Source: Styela clava (lineage: Eukaryota). Taken from it: a DNA stretch of 64,000 bases. Below are positions 17,299 through 28,423 of this stretch, piece after piece; position 1 is the stretch's first letter, and every line of letters starts with the position of its first letter. The stretch spans positions 23,312,001-23,376,000 of the forward strand of contig NC_135253.1 of the NCBI RefSeq assembly GCF_964204865.1, read 5' to 3'. The position numbers were made by a program, and so were the translations under genes. A model generated the notes under the pieces. That model was not told the DNA's origin and did no database searches. It saw only the letters and a list, made by a program, of their open reading frames with translations.

Positions 17299-19739
17299 CT
17301 TTGTGTTGTATTGTTTGACTTCTATAGTCTTGGGATTTTATTGCTTCTGAACTACCATAAATGGTAGTTTAAACAGGTAGTTCTTTTGGTATAATAACCT
17401 CCTCTTGTAACAGCAAATAGTTTTTTTCAAAGCCTCTCGTCACTGACTCGCGTCAGAGTTGTTTTCATCGGCAGACAGTTTCCTGTTGTAACATCCGCCA
17501 TGACTACGACACAGCCTTCAACATCAAGGCCTCTTTTTTCAAGCGTCGCTGCCTCAGTTCCTAAGGTAGCCGATGTGAGATGTGTGGACGTCAGCAGAGG
17601 CGAGTCGATCGATGTCGAAACAACTAAAGACATCTCGACCGTTTTGGAATTTTTTAATTTATTTAACACCGTGAATAAACTACGTCCTTTTAGAACCCTA
17701 GTCGGAGGAATTTTTCATATCCGCCAGGGTACTTGGAACTTGACTTTCCAACCCACCGACGGACAACCAACACGGGATAAGTTTCTTTCAAGTGTTGGTG
17801 ATAAACTTGACACCCCACTAGGTGTAATTAAATTTTCCTTGCCTCGTGGTCCAGGGACTCGCATTAGCGTGCGTGGTATTCCCACTGAAGCCACAGTCGA
17901 GCAAATAACAACACTGCTCAACTCTTTTGACTGTGGCAAGGTGCGTCGTGTTTTTAAAATATACCTGCGTAACACCAAGGTGTATAACGGCTACGTACAA
18001 GCCATCATTGATGACTTCGAGAAGTCTAAATTTCCCGATTTCGTCAATGTTGGTGGACTGCGTTGCAAAACATACCTACCTCCGGAACTCTATACCAAAA
18101 CCTGCTTGAATTGCTTTCAAGCAGGTCATCTGGCCAGAGAATGTGTGATGCCCCCGTCCTGCCGTCTTTGCAAGAAATCCGGCCATGTGCAGCGAGGGTG
18201 CACTGACTTCCCTGTAATAACACCTGCAGTGGAACAAAGTAGCAAGCCTCAACTCCAGGTCAACTCTCCTGCCAAGGTTGCTGCAAAGACGACAGGTAGA
18301 TACAGCTTCACCAATATACCATCTGTAGCTGTATCTTCACAGGATCAGCTGAAAAGGCAAAATATTTATAATAAAATGAAGGAAAAACCTGCTGCGGCTG
18401 ATAACTCCAAGTCTCCCAGTCGGGTTAAGGTGGATATACACCCTATTCCGGCTGAAGATCATGATATCTCAGATTCTTTAGAATCTGAAAAATCGAACCT
18501 GGAAAATGAATCAGATGCAGTTGTAGGGTGTAGTAAAATAAATAATCTAGGTAGGAACCCGGAAGATCTTGATGAAGACTGTGAAAAAATTGTAGAACTG
18601 GATAGCCCTCTGGGAGAAGACTATCACAACATAGTCAGACTCTCAGAGGGGTCGGATGAAGAACTTGCGATGTTTCGAAAGAAACTTCGCAGTCACACGA
18701 AGATCAAGGAACCGGGTCCAGAATGGCAGTGTTCCGAAATCGAATGCAGTCCTGTCAAGAGAGACGAAAAAAGAGGTCGGGGGAGCTCTTCATCGGACGC
18801 CTCAATTGTTCTCCCACCTAATAAATCCCGGATTTTTTCCAAATTGCGAGTTGCTAAAAAACTTTAAAAATAATTATTTGATTGGCTTCAATTTCTTTTC
18901 CTACAGTGGATTGGATAATATATATGACAGGCACTTATTTGTGGCAGTATTTTGTGCCCGAAATGTATAGGACCATTTATATTATCATTTGCAATAATTG
19001 AACATCAACTGCGGAGTACTTTCCCATTTTCCGAACTAGTATTTTTTTTTCTCTTTCTCTCTCTATCATCTCGTAACTATGGATCAATATTAAAGATGCC
19101 AAGGCAGCAGCAAGTGACAATAAAATAAAAAATGGTGGAAAGAAGAACTGGGATCATTTAGCGCCCATTTACATCCTAAATCTAAAACAACTACATTGCT
19201 GTAGTATATAACAACTGAATACCTTCATAACGATCTATACCCTGCTCCAGTGAACTATTTGATTCTCAATCATGGGCACTAAATCTGCCTATAATAAATA
19301 TAACAACTTATATTTGTAGAAATATACTAGAACAAATAGCTAAAAAACGCCATATACACCAGATTACTGGCTCTCTTATATTTTTGGTGAAGGTTTCTTC
19401 GTTTATCTCTTATTAATAATTTATTCTTTTTATGTTTTTTTAACTTCTTTGTCCTTCCGTATACTGATTTTCTACTCTTTTTCTGTTATATCTCCTAAAT
19501 TTCTTTTCTATTAGAGGAGACGGACATCACGTGACAGGGAGAGTTGATATGAGTGTGCACCAAGGTGCATTTCTCCCAACTCTCTTCTGTCACGGAAGTG
19601 TTCGTCGAATCTACCCTCTGTTTTCTCCTGGTGTTATTATTTTGCCTTTTTACAGGTATTTACAGGTAACAACATCTACAAGCCTCCCCTGCAATACGTA
19701 AGTATAAAAACAAGGTGAGTATCGGTGGGTCGAGGCCTA

Positions 19740-19786
<47 letters not shown>
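17299..19786 (+). mobile_element. N2 ORF1-only non-autonomous element of lineage A (probably 5'-truncated)
   Basis: A-like ORF1, no ORF2, A-like 3' terminus (TATCGGTGGGTCGAGGCCTACT), poly(A) then GTAAGCT. Confidence 0.88.
17500..18867 (+). CDS. N2 ORF1 (455 aa), homologue of A1/A2 ORF1
   Basis: PLFSSVAASVPKVA, CLNCFQAGHLAREC, CRLCKKSGHVQRGC, KEPGP, RDEKRGR. Confidence 0.92.
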   Translation: MTTTQPSTSRPLFSSVAASVPKVADVRCVDVSRGESIDVETTKDISTVLEFFNLFNTVNKLRPFRTLVGGIFHIRQGTWNLTFQPTDGQPTRDKFLSSVGDKLDTPLGVIKFSLPRGPGTRISVRGIPTEATVEQITTLLNSFDCGKVRRVFKIYLRNTKVYNGYVQAIIDDFEKSKFPDFVNVGGLRCKTYLPPELYTKTCLNCFQAGHLARECVMPPSCRLCKKSGHVQRGCTDFPVITPAVEQSSKPQLQVNSPAKVAAKTTGRYSFTNIPSVAVSSQDQLKRQNIYNKMKEKPAAADNSKSPSRVKVDIHPIPAEDHDISDSLESEKSNLENESDAVVGCSKINNLGRNPEDLDEDCEKIVELDSPLGEDYHNIVRLSEGSDEELAMFRKKLRSHTKIKEPGPEWQCSEIECSPVKRDEKRGRGSSSSDASIVLPPNKSRIFSKLRVAKKL

Positions 19787-19790
<4 letters not shown>

Positions 19791-20015
19791 GCTTGTCTCG
19801 GCGCACTTACCTTCAACAGCAGACAGCTGGAGTCGTTTGGGCCTCAAAACCCCGCTCCAGTCAGTCTAGTTTGGGGGAGGCCCTCCCGCCGCGTTATCGC
19901 ATAGGGCCTCTTCGTCAGCTTATAACAGATATTTGAGAGTCATTTTGAGTGTTTTCGGACTATAAATCAGGAAAGGAAAGCTTCTTTATTAGCACATTTC
20001 GGACTATATAGAAGC

Positions 20016-21476
20016 ATGGCATACTCTGCAGCTGCGTCCACAATACCTCGGAGTACAATCAATACACCAACCACTACAAGACCAAGGACCTTATTTCTAA
20101 AATCAGAGCAAGAATTGGATTTTCCCAGACTGATGGACATATTAAAGAAGAACACTACCACTCAGAAATATTGCGAGCATATCAGGGCATTATACGAAGA
20201 AAGGAAAGGGATGTGGATCTTATCTTTTGCAGCTTTGGAAGACCCGGAGTCAAGTGTGCGAGGTGATTTCCTGCATGAAACAGGCGGAATCATTCGTGCG
20301 GAGAACATCACGATAGAGGTCTCGCTGCCAACCAAAGCACCGATCCGAATTTCGATCAGAAGCATACCGCCCGAGACGAGTTTTGCAAAAGCCTCAGCCA
20401 TAATACACAATCTGGGCTGCGGAAAGATAAAGAGTGCCAGCAGGAACTATCATCGAGGCACGGATGTATATAACGGCTACACTTCCTTTCTCATGGAAGA
20501 ATTTAAGAAGGATCGGTTGCCCGACTTTGTCATCATGGAGGGCATTCGATGCAAAACATTTTTACCGAGAGAATTATATATCCCTACTTGTGGCCGATGC
20601 CTGCAGACCGGTCACGTTTTCACCAATTGTGAGAATGAGCCGGTGTGTAGGCACTGTAAGAAACCTGGACACATTCGAAAGCACTGCGATAAAATAGAAA
20701 AGGACTTCCCGAACCTACAAGGTGCGGCAACATGGGCGATCCCAAAACATATGAGAAGAGCTCAACAAGAACGAGCGTTTCAGCATCTCGTTTCGGACGC
20801 AACCCAAAGCGAGACAAACACGCCAACAAGCAACAACATGGCAGAAAAATCGGCCAATACACCAAAAGACACAATACAAAACGCAAACAAATCAGATACT
20901 GAAAATTTGGAAGACTCTCTTAACACAATAACACAAAAAGAAACAACCATACAACTCGCTGACGACCGAAACAGGACAAATGTGGACACACAGGGATTTT
21001 CATCCTCGGGCACTGACTCAATTGAAATTAATAATTGGTCGGAATGTGAAGACACGGGCAACCCAATCAGTCCGATAATAACTCCACCACAAATTCCGAA
21101 ATCAAAGCCGAAAACATCCACGCGTCTAAAGCCCACATCAACAATTGGAAACACGCCCTTTCATGCGCCCCCTAGGGGAAATGAGTACGTGAAGGTCCTT
21201 GTCCAAAATTTTGAATCTAGAGAGACAACACTCTCCTCAGTGTTCAGCGACTCGCCACTGGAGACTACATCAGCGCCGGCAGATCTGGGAAACAACATGC
21301 CCCTGCCAAGTAGGCTAAATTTGGACATATCTAGAAGCGACATGGAAAATGATGACCATAACAATAAGAGAAATAGAGAAGACACATCGTCATCAGGTTC
21401 ATCGTTATCAGCTACTCGCACCATAAAAGAGAAATCTACCGGGAAAAAGAAAAAGGGATCGACAACAAAACTGTGA
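20016..21476 (+). CDS. B1 ORF1, zinc-knuckle Gag-like protein
   Basis: CGRCLQTGHVFTNC, CRHCKKPGHIRKHC. Confidence 0.93.
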   Translation: MAYSAAASTIPRSTINTPTTTRPRTLFLKSEQELDFPRLMDILKKNTTTQKYCEHIRALYEERKGMWILSFAALEDPESSVRGDFLHETGGIIRAENITIEVSLPTKAPIRISIRSIPPETSFAKASAIIHNLGCGKIKSASRNYHRGTDVYNGYTSFLMEEFKKDRLPDFVIMEGIRCKTFLPRELYIPTCGRCLQTGHVFTNCENEPVCRHCKKPGHIRKHCDKIEKDFPNLQGAATWAIPKHMRRAQQERAFQHLVSDATQSETNTPTSNNMAEKSANTPKDTIQNANKSDTENLEDSLNTITQKETTIQLADDRNRTNVDTQGFSSSGTDSIEINNWSECEDTGNPISPIITPPQIPKSKPKTSTRLKPTSTIGNTPFHAPPRGNEYVKVLVQNFESRETTLSSVFSDSPLETTSAPADLGNNMPLPSRLNLDISRSDMENDDHNNKRNREDTSSSGSSLSATRTIKEKSTGKKKKGSTTKL

Positions 21477-21739
21477 GTTATAAAAATCAGTTATAACAAA
21501 AAGTAAGAAACATCTGGAAAAAATACTCTGATAAAATCTATAAATAGTGTTCTATATTTATTTACCACAAAGCTTAGGCTACAGCATACTGTACACCTCT
21601 CCCAAAACACGTGCCATGTTTGAACCGAAGCTGGTATGGTGCTATGCCAATCATTCAGGGCATGCCTGTCCGTTGGTATTAAACGTTGGTATCAACGTAC
21701 CATATAACTACATACTCCTTCTTACTTACCTGATCCTAT

Positions 21740-24700
21740 ATGCATGAAATGGCGGGAATGAAGATAATATCCTTGAATTCAAACGGTGTCCAACACCGAT
21801 TGAATGATCTAAGAAATTATATCGGTCACGAGAGGCCAAATGTCCTGTGCGTGCAAGAGGTGCACAAGATAGACAAATTATTGGTCACACAATGGGCGGA
21901 AGCACTAGGATATAACATATTTATGAATACGCTGGATAAATTGGACAAATACCATACGACTTTCAAGCAAGGAACTCTGATTATGATTAAATCTGAAAAC
22001 ACTAATTTGCCAACCACCTACGCCATACATATCCAACACCGCTTGGATAGCGTAGAAATTAATATCGACCGCCAAACAATAAAAATTTTCAACGTATATG
22101 CCCCAGCCCAAAACGGACCTGAAAAAACGAAATTTTGTGAAAAACTGGTAGTAACGTTAAAGAATTACATAGACACATATGACATAATAATGGTAGGCGA
22201 TTTTAACTTTGTGCTTGAGCCAATTGATGTTCTAATTCCCAGAAATTTTAAACTTCGGCCGCCGGAAAAAATTCTAAAAAAATTCATCCAGGAAAACAAC
22301 ATTGTCGACACATATAGAAGAAAATACCCCCAAAAACAAATTTTTACGCACCTTACCGGATCGCAGGGAAGACGTATTGACAACATCTATAACTCGAAAA
22401 ACTTGGATCATATGGTCTCAGAAATATCCCATACAATAAACACAGTGTCAGATCACCTGTTGTGCCCCCAGATAGTACTCAAACAAGCTCAAAAAATTCG
22501 ATGGGGAAAAAGCGTGTGGCGAAATAACGTTCTGTTATATGACGATCCAACCTACGTTAGAGTGATTAAAAACACCTATGCATCCGCTCTAAACGAAATA
22601 CAAAACTTTGAATCGCTACAATTATGGTGGGATTATGTAAAGAACAGAATCAAAAAAGTGACAATGGCTTACTCAAAAAACGTTGCAAATAATAAACGAA
22701 ACAATTTGGCTCAATTACGGAAAAACCTGGATAAATTGATAAATGAAGGGAAAAGGGAGAATACTTTAAAAATAGAAAACCTAAAATCGCAACTAAAAAC
22801 ACTGTCTGAAGAACGAAACAAATTGGATATCTTGATGGCAAATATTCAAACCCTTGAGGAGAACGAGAAGCCAACAAAAACTTTTTTCGCCCGAATAAAA
22901 AAAAGAGCCAAACAAACTACCATAACTGAACTGAGGGCACCAAACAATAGGGCAACCACCAAAGAGGAAGAAATCATAAAGCTGGTAGAAAACTTCTACG
23001 CAAACTTATGGGGTGAGGAACATCAAACATCCGAGTACTACCAACAATATTATCTCTCACTCATGGGAACAACTCAAATTTCAAAACAAGATAACGACGG
23101 CCTAGAACAATACGTGACTAGCGCTGAGATTCTGCATACAATCAAGCAGATGTTCAACAACCGATCGCCGGGGATGGACGGACTAGGAAAAGAGTTTTAC
23201 GTTACTTTCTGGGACACCATACAAATTCAATTTACGCAACTTATAAACAATATTTTCTCTTTCGGCCCCCTACCCAAATCTGCCTCAATTGCCAAAGTAA
23301 AACTGTTGTATAAAAAGAACGACCAATTAAACCTCAAAAACTGGCGCCCAATCACAACTTTGAATACAGACTATAAGATTATATCAAAAATTATCGTAAA
23401 TCGTCTGGAACCCATTATGGACCCAATTATAAGCCCCTCTCAAAAATGTTCAATCAAATCAAGAAATATGGTCGACATTCATTATAACATAGATGCTATC
23501 TTCCGACACTGTCAGAATAATAACATCCCTGGCTCTCTGGTAATGATCGATAACTTAAAAGCCTTCGATAATGTAAGTCACAGCTTCGTATTTAATGTCT
23601 TGCAACACATAGGTTTGGGATGCAAGACATTAAACATCATAAAAAGCATGTATACGGACATATATAGCCGTATAGATGTGAATGGTCGTCTAACCAACCC
23701 AATAACTATACGGCGCGGCATACGACAGGGATGCCCGTTAAGTATGATGTTATATTGCTTAACGGTCGAACCACTCGCAAGATCAATCCAGACAAACTCG
23801 CAAATAAAAGGAATAAAACTCGGCGCATATGAGCATAAAATAGACCAATATGCTGACGACATTACTTTTGCGGTTAGGGATCAAATATCCATATCAAAAA
23901 TCTTTGAAGAACTAGAAAATTTTAAACAAGCAGCCGGACAACAAATCAATAAAGAAAAAACGGAAATATTATGTATCACCAAAATAGCGCTCAACTCGAT
24001 ATCAAAATCTCCATACCACCAATATATAAAACCGGACTGCAAAATACTTGGCATCCATTTTGGCTTTAAAACATTGGAAAAAATGTGGGACGAGATAATT
24101 GGATTACTAACCCGGACCCTAAATTCATTGAAACCAAGAAACCTGACTTGGTATGGTAAACTAACTGCAATCAACTCCTTAATAATGTCGATCATCACAT
24201 TCCATGCGCGGGTCAAGACCATCTCCTCAAGCAATATCAAAACAATCGAGAGCGTACTCCATAAATTCATATGGTACCCCGCAAAAATAGAGGCAATAAA
24301 GAGAAAACATCTCCAACTCTCAGTGGCGAGTGGGGGTATCGGAATGATTGATGTTAAGTCAAAAGTGGAAGCCTGTAAGATCGAACGAATAAAAGCCTTT
24401 GTGAGAGGTGAAAACCTCAATCAATTTTGGCATATTGAAGGCCTATACTCACTTGGGTCAAAAATTAAAGAAATAAATCCAAGCCTTTACAGCAACTTGA
24501 TGCCGCACAGAAACACAACCCCCACAACATGGAGAGAAATGCTGGACCTCTACCGTAAAATAGATCTCACACGGGATGTCTGGGAAACAGCAAGACACAA
24601 ACACCTCTATCAGGAGCTTAAGAGCAAGGCACCTGAACAATACCAACAGATACCAACCATAAACTGGGAAGAAGTCCAGCTCTTTAGTAATACCTTGAGA

Positions 24701-25228
24701 AACAAGTTCACAAATGCGGAACGATTACTATCCTACCGCATAGTCCGTGAAGGATACATCTTCGGCGACCGCATGCGGGGAATGTCCCTAAGATTCGACC
24801 AAACCGGAGTGCTAAAGATATTGAACTGTAAATTCTGCAAAACCCCTTCCGACAACACGAAGCATCTTATCCAACACTGCAATAAAACTGACTATTATAT
24901 TGGAAAAACTGTAAACTTTATTAGCGACATATTACGTACCCCCATAAAAATCAACAGAGAGCAAATATTTTACAACAGTTATGGTGGCCCACACCAGATA
25001 GCAGTAACTAAATGCTTCGTCCTTTTAAAGAAGAATATAATTGGAACAAAAATCAAACTAGACATACAAAACAAATACCTGGCCCCAACCGATGATAAAA
25101 TAATTCAAAAAACAATAGACAAATTTGCAGAATTTCTAATTACAATGGAATACAAACATACGGACATACAGTTTCTTGGCTTTCCAGCAAATTGGAAAGC
25201 AATCTTAAGTGGGTATTTAAATATGTGA
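21740..25228 (+). CDS. B1 ORF2, APE + RT + Zn finger
   Basis: CVQE, GDFN, RRID, SDH, NWRPI, GIRQGCPLS, YADD, CKFC..H..C; true start may be the ATG at 21749. Confidence 0.96.
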   Translation: MHEMAGMKIISLNSNGVQHRLNDLRNYIGHERPNVLCVQEVHKIDKLLVTQWAEALGYNIFMNTLDKLDKYHTTFKQGTLIMIKSENTNLPTTYAIHIQHRLDSVEINIDRQTIKIFNVYAPAQNGPEKTKFCEKLVVTLKNYIDTYDIIMVGDFNFVLEPIDVLIPRNFKLRPPEKILKKFIQENNIVDTYRRKYPQKQIFTHLTGSQGRRIDNIYNSKNLDHMVSEISHTINTVSDHLLCPQIVLKQAQKIRWGKSVWRNNVLLYDDPTYVRVIKNTYASALNEIQNFESLQLWWDYVKNRIKKVTMAYSKNVANNKRNNLAQLRKNLDKLINEGKRENTLKIENLKSQLKTLSEERNKLDILMANIQTLEENEKPTKTFFARIKKRAKQTTITELRAPNNRATTKEEEIIKLVENFYANLWGEEHQTSEYYQQYYLSLMGTTQISKQDNDGLEQYVTSAEILHTIKQMFNNRSPGMDGLGKEFYVTFWDTIQIQFTQLINNIFSFGPLPKSASIAKVKLLYKKNDQLNLKNWRPITTLNTDYKIISKIIVNRLEPIMDPIISPSQKCSIKSRNMVDIHYNIDAIFRHCQNNNIPGSLVMIDNLKAFDNVSHSFVFNVLQHIGLGCKTLNIIKSMYTDIYSRIDVNGRLTNPITIRRGIRQGCPLSMMLYCLTVEPLARSIQTNSQIKGIKLGAYEHKIDQYADDITFAVRDQISISKIFEELENFKQAAGQQINKEKTEILCITKIALNSISKSPYHQYIKPDCKILGIHFGFKTLEKMWDEIIGLLTRTLNSLKPRNLTWYGKLTAINSLIMSIITFHARVKTISSSNIKTIESVLHKFIWYPAKIEAIKRKHLQLSVASGGIGMIDVKSKVEACKIERIKAFVRGENLNQFWHIEGLYSLGSKIKEINPSLYSNLMPHRNTTPTTWREMLDLYRKIDLTRDVWETARHKHLYQELKSKAPEQYQQIPTINWEEVQLFSNTLRNKFTNAERLLSYRIVREGYIFGDRMRGMSLRFDQTGVLKILNCKFCKTPSDNTKHLIQHCNKTDYYIGKTVNFISDILRTPIKINREQIFYNSYGGPHQIAVTKCFVLLKKNIIGTKIKLDIQNKYLAPTDDKIIQKTIDKFAEFLITMEYKHTDIQFLGFPANWKAILSGYLNM

Positions 25229-25327
25229 CACGATGCTTGAAAAGAACTTTACCACCCAAAGAGGTCGCCCTACCTACATTCACCATAAAAGGGAGCTTAA
25301 ACCTGGTAATACCATCCTCAAATTTTC

Positions 25328-25665
25328 GCGGAAATGATGAATCGGAAGCTTCACGGTGGATGTCATGCTGGATACGTGTTACACGCCTCGCAGTATGTAC
25401 GGAAGCCGGGGGTGGCGGAAGTTGAGCTGTGTTAAACACGGCATTGACGGAAGCCCTGGGCAGACGTCCTGCTATTTGGCACATAGCATGTTACTGATGC
25501 TCGGGGCAGAAGTCTTTGCCTTGCAATACATAGCCGATACGGAAGCCGCCTTAATGTATGACCGCTGCTTACGCAGTGGCATGCTTATGTAGCGTAATAC
25601 CGATATGACTCGGATATGACGTGTCTTTGAGACACTGATCCGAGATTGGAAAAACTCTGATCCGT
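25328..25665 (+). other. Box C/D (kink-turn)-closed structured 3' UTR domain of B1
   Basis: GCGGA-A-ATGATGA (25328-25340) ... CTGA-TCCGT (25657-25665); internal K-turn hairpin 25609-25644. Confidence 0.7.
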
Positions 25666-25666
25666 A

Positions 25667-25711
<45 letters not shown>

Positions 25712-25958
25712 AGAGCCCGAGCTATTGCTCGTTATTTTATACTGCACATTCCAGATCGAAGTGGTTCGCGCTAACTCCTTCGTGACTTCTTATTCTCGCT
25801 AGTACGAGACTTCTCGCGAAGTGAACGAGATAACAACGCGACGTGATACATCCTTTGTTGTCGCCGACTGACTTCTGCTCCCTTAGATTGTTGTCTTACA
25901 TACATACATGTCTTGTTGGAATAGATTGTGCAACCGAATGGGCTACAAACCAGTGACT

Positions 25959-26004
25959 ATCATTATTCGCTGTATAATTAAGGTAAGTTCTGGAGCCGCG
26001 GCTC
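25959..26004 (+). ncRNA. SL RNA gene, alpha
   Basis: Exon, donor 25983, hairpin. Confidence 0.8.
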
Positions 26005-26267
26005 GTTATTTAATATCGCACTCTTCGGTTGGAAGAAAACGCGTTCATTTTGTCCACGTTAACCCTTTCGTGACTTGACCTGTCAAAAAACCTTTCCGTG
26101 GGACCAACGAGTTAACCCGCGCAGGGTGCACTTCGTTTGATGGTTGCCGACATCGCGGCGAGTCAGGTTTCTGCGTTACTCGCTGTGTATGTCCAGACTG
26201 CTCGTCCAAGAACTTCAAATCTTGTGAGCATAGACTGTGCAGCCGAATGAGTCTCAAAGCAATGGCT

Positions 26268-26319
26268 ATCATTATTCGCTATTTGATTAAGGTAAGCTAG
26301 CGCCCGAGCTGCGGTTCGG
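26268..26319 (+). ncRNA. SL RNA gene, beta
   Basis: Exon, donor 26292, hairpin. Confidence 0.8.
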
Positions 26320-26545
26320 TATTTTTTATTGCATTTTCCATACTCCAATTCGTAGAATATTTCAATTCGTTCGTCCTAACCCTCTCTTATCTTTTGGCTT
26401 TGCGCGAGACACACCGCGGGCGGGCCTCGTTTGTTGTCGCCGACTTCTGCTTCTCGTTTTAGTATTCATTCGTACGCTTTGGCATAGATCGTGCAACCGA
26501 ATGGGCTTCAAAATATTGGAAATCATTATTGCTGTTTTGATTAAG

Positions 26546-28423
26546 GTAACCCCTCACCGGGTTAGGCCCTCGACAGCAACGAAGCAAGAAGAAAAGGAGG
26601 AAGAAGATGAACTACGCCGAAGCCGCCTCAACAACGCCTACACCTACAAGCGAAGAAACGACTGCACCGACTACACGACCTCGCACTCTGTTCCTGACAA
26701 CCACCAAAGACCTGGACTTCCCTCGACTGTTCGACATCCTGAAGACCGACTCAGCGTCCCGCAACTATGTCGACAACATCACGGGACTGTTCGAGGGAAG
26801 AAAAGGTCAGTGGATTTGTACTTTTGCCGCCACCGACGAACCCAACTCTAGCTGTCGCGAGCAATTTATGCACGACACAAAGGGTGAAATAAGAGTTTCA
26901 GACGGTACTATTACGGTTTCGCTGCCTACCGAAGCACCAATCCGAATATCCATTCGGGGGATACCGGGTGAAACTTCCTACAACAAGGCCGTGTCGACAA
27001 TCGAACGACTGCAGTGCGGAAAAGTCCGGAATGCCACCAGAAACTGGTACAGAGGTACGTCCATTTATAACGGATACACTTCCTTTTTTATTGAAAATTT
27101 TAAAAAGGACAGGTTACCAGATTACTTGGTCATTGACGGGAAAAGCTGCAAAACTTACCTGCCCAGGGAATTATATGTGCCAACCTGTGGTAGGTGTTTG
27201 AAATCCGGTCACAACTTCACCGAATGCGAAAGCGAACCAGTCTGTCGCTACTGCAAACAACCGGGCCATCTTTTAAAAGAGTGTCCATCCAGAAGGAAAG
27301 AATTTCCATCAATTTCCGGCTCTACATGGACCCTTCCACGACGTAGAAAACAGCTATCAGAAAACCCACCTCATTTGGAACAACCAAGTAATCAAAATGC
27401 TTCACAACCTGCAACAGTATCGGATTTACAAAATGCCTCACAACCTGGACTAATTTCGGATTTACAAAGCGCTTCACAACCTGGACTAAATTCGGATTTA
27501 CAAAATGCTACACAACCTGGACAGGTTTCGGAATTACAAGTCAACCAAAATGCCGTACAACCTACACTACAAACTACAAAACCGGATATACCAGTCGATC
27601 AAATGGATTTACAACCTGAATCGACCATTCTTGGACATACTCCGCATGACAACAGGATTGATCCAACCTCGGATGTAATCGAATTTTCTTCCTCCACCGA
27701 TTCAACCGACTTAAAAGAAATTAGTAATTGGTCGGAGTGCGAGGATGTGGGAAGCGTTATAAGCCCTCTGTTAACACCGCCGAGTCAGCCGCAACTCAAA
27801 CAAACAAGGCAATCGTCAAGACTAAAACAATCATCGACGATTGGAAACACCCCTTTTCATCCTCCATCGAAAGGCAACCCTTATGTAAGAGTGATGGTGC
27901 ACAACATCCAGCCACCGGACTTAACAACATCTTCCGTTTTTTCTACTACACCTGATGAAATATCTTCCGCACCGGCTAATCTAGAATACAACCAATCAAA
28001 ATCCAAAACCGTGGACTTACCTGAACCAAATCTCGACAATTCGGATTATGCTAATAAAAGAAGCCGTGAAGAAACGTCATCAGACTCGTCATTTTCGACC
28101 ACTTTGGAATTTAGACTTGTTGGCAAAAAGAAAAAATAGTGGTAAGTTAATTCGGACCCCACAAATCAAAATTCTGTAACCTGGACATTTAATTCGGCCT
28201 TTAAACATCGACCGTAAAACAAACTGCCCAGTTGATGGCATAAAACTCAACTTGATAATACCATCCCACTTATAGCGGATGTGATGAATGGAAGACTACC
28301 CCTTCATGTGGTATATAAAATGGTGATCTCTATGGCAAAGAGAAGGGATCCATATAACTTCCGTCGGCATAGTCTGGGTATGAAGGCAATTGGGCTGGAT
28401 TCCAGACTTTGTCGTTCTGATCC

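Larger units (their letters stand above)
19794..25709 (+). mobile_element. B1 autonomous Tx1-like non-LTR retrotransposon, full length
   Basis: Two ORFs; 3' end TCTGATCCGT + poly(A), followed by SL-gamma intron from +6 (CTAGAGCCCG). Confidence 0.95.
25710..26545 (+). repeat. SL RNA gene array segment (one trimer)
   Basis: Donors at 25983 and 26292; gamma exon 26522-26545. Confidence 0.93.

Noticed and set aside
25343-25545. Five CGGAAG (ETS-like) motifs as a 3' UTR promoter
   Set aside because: Two of five are lost in B2 and the cluster is absent from N1; RNA structure explains the conservation better
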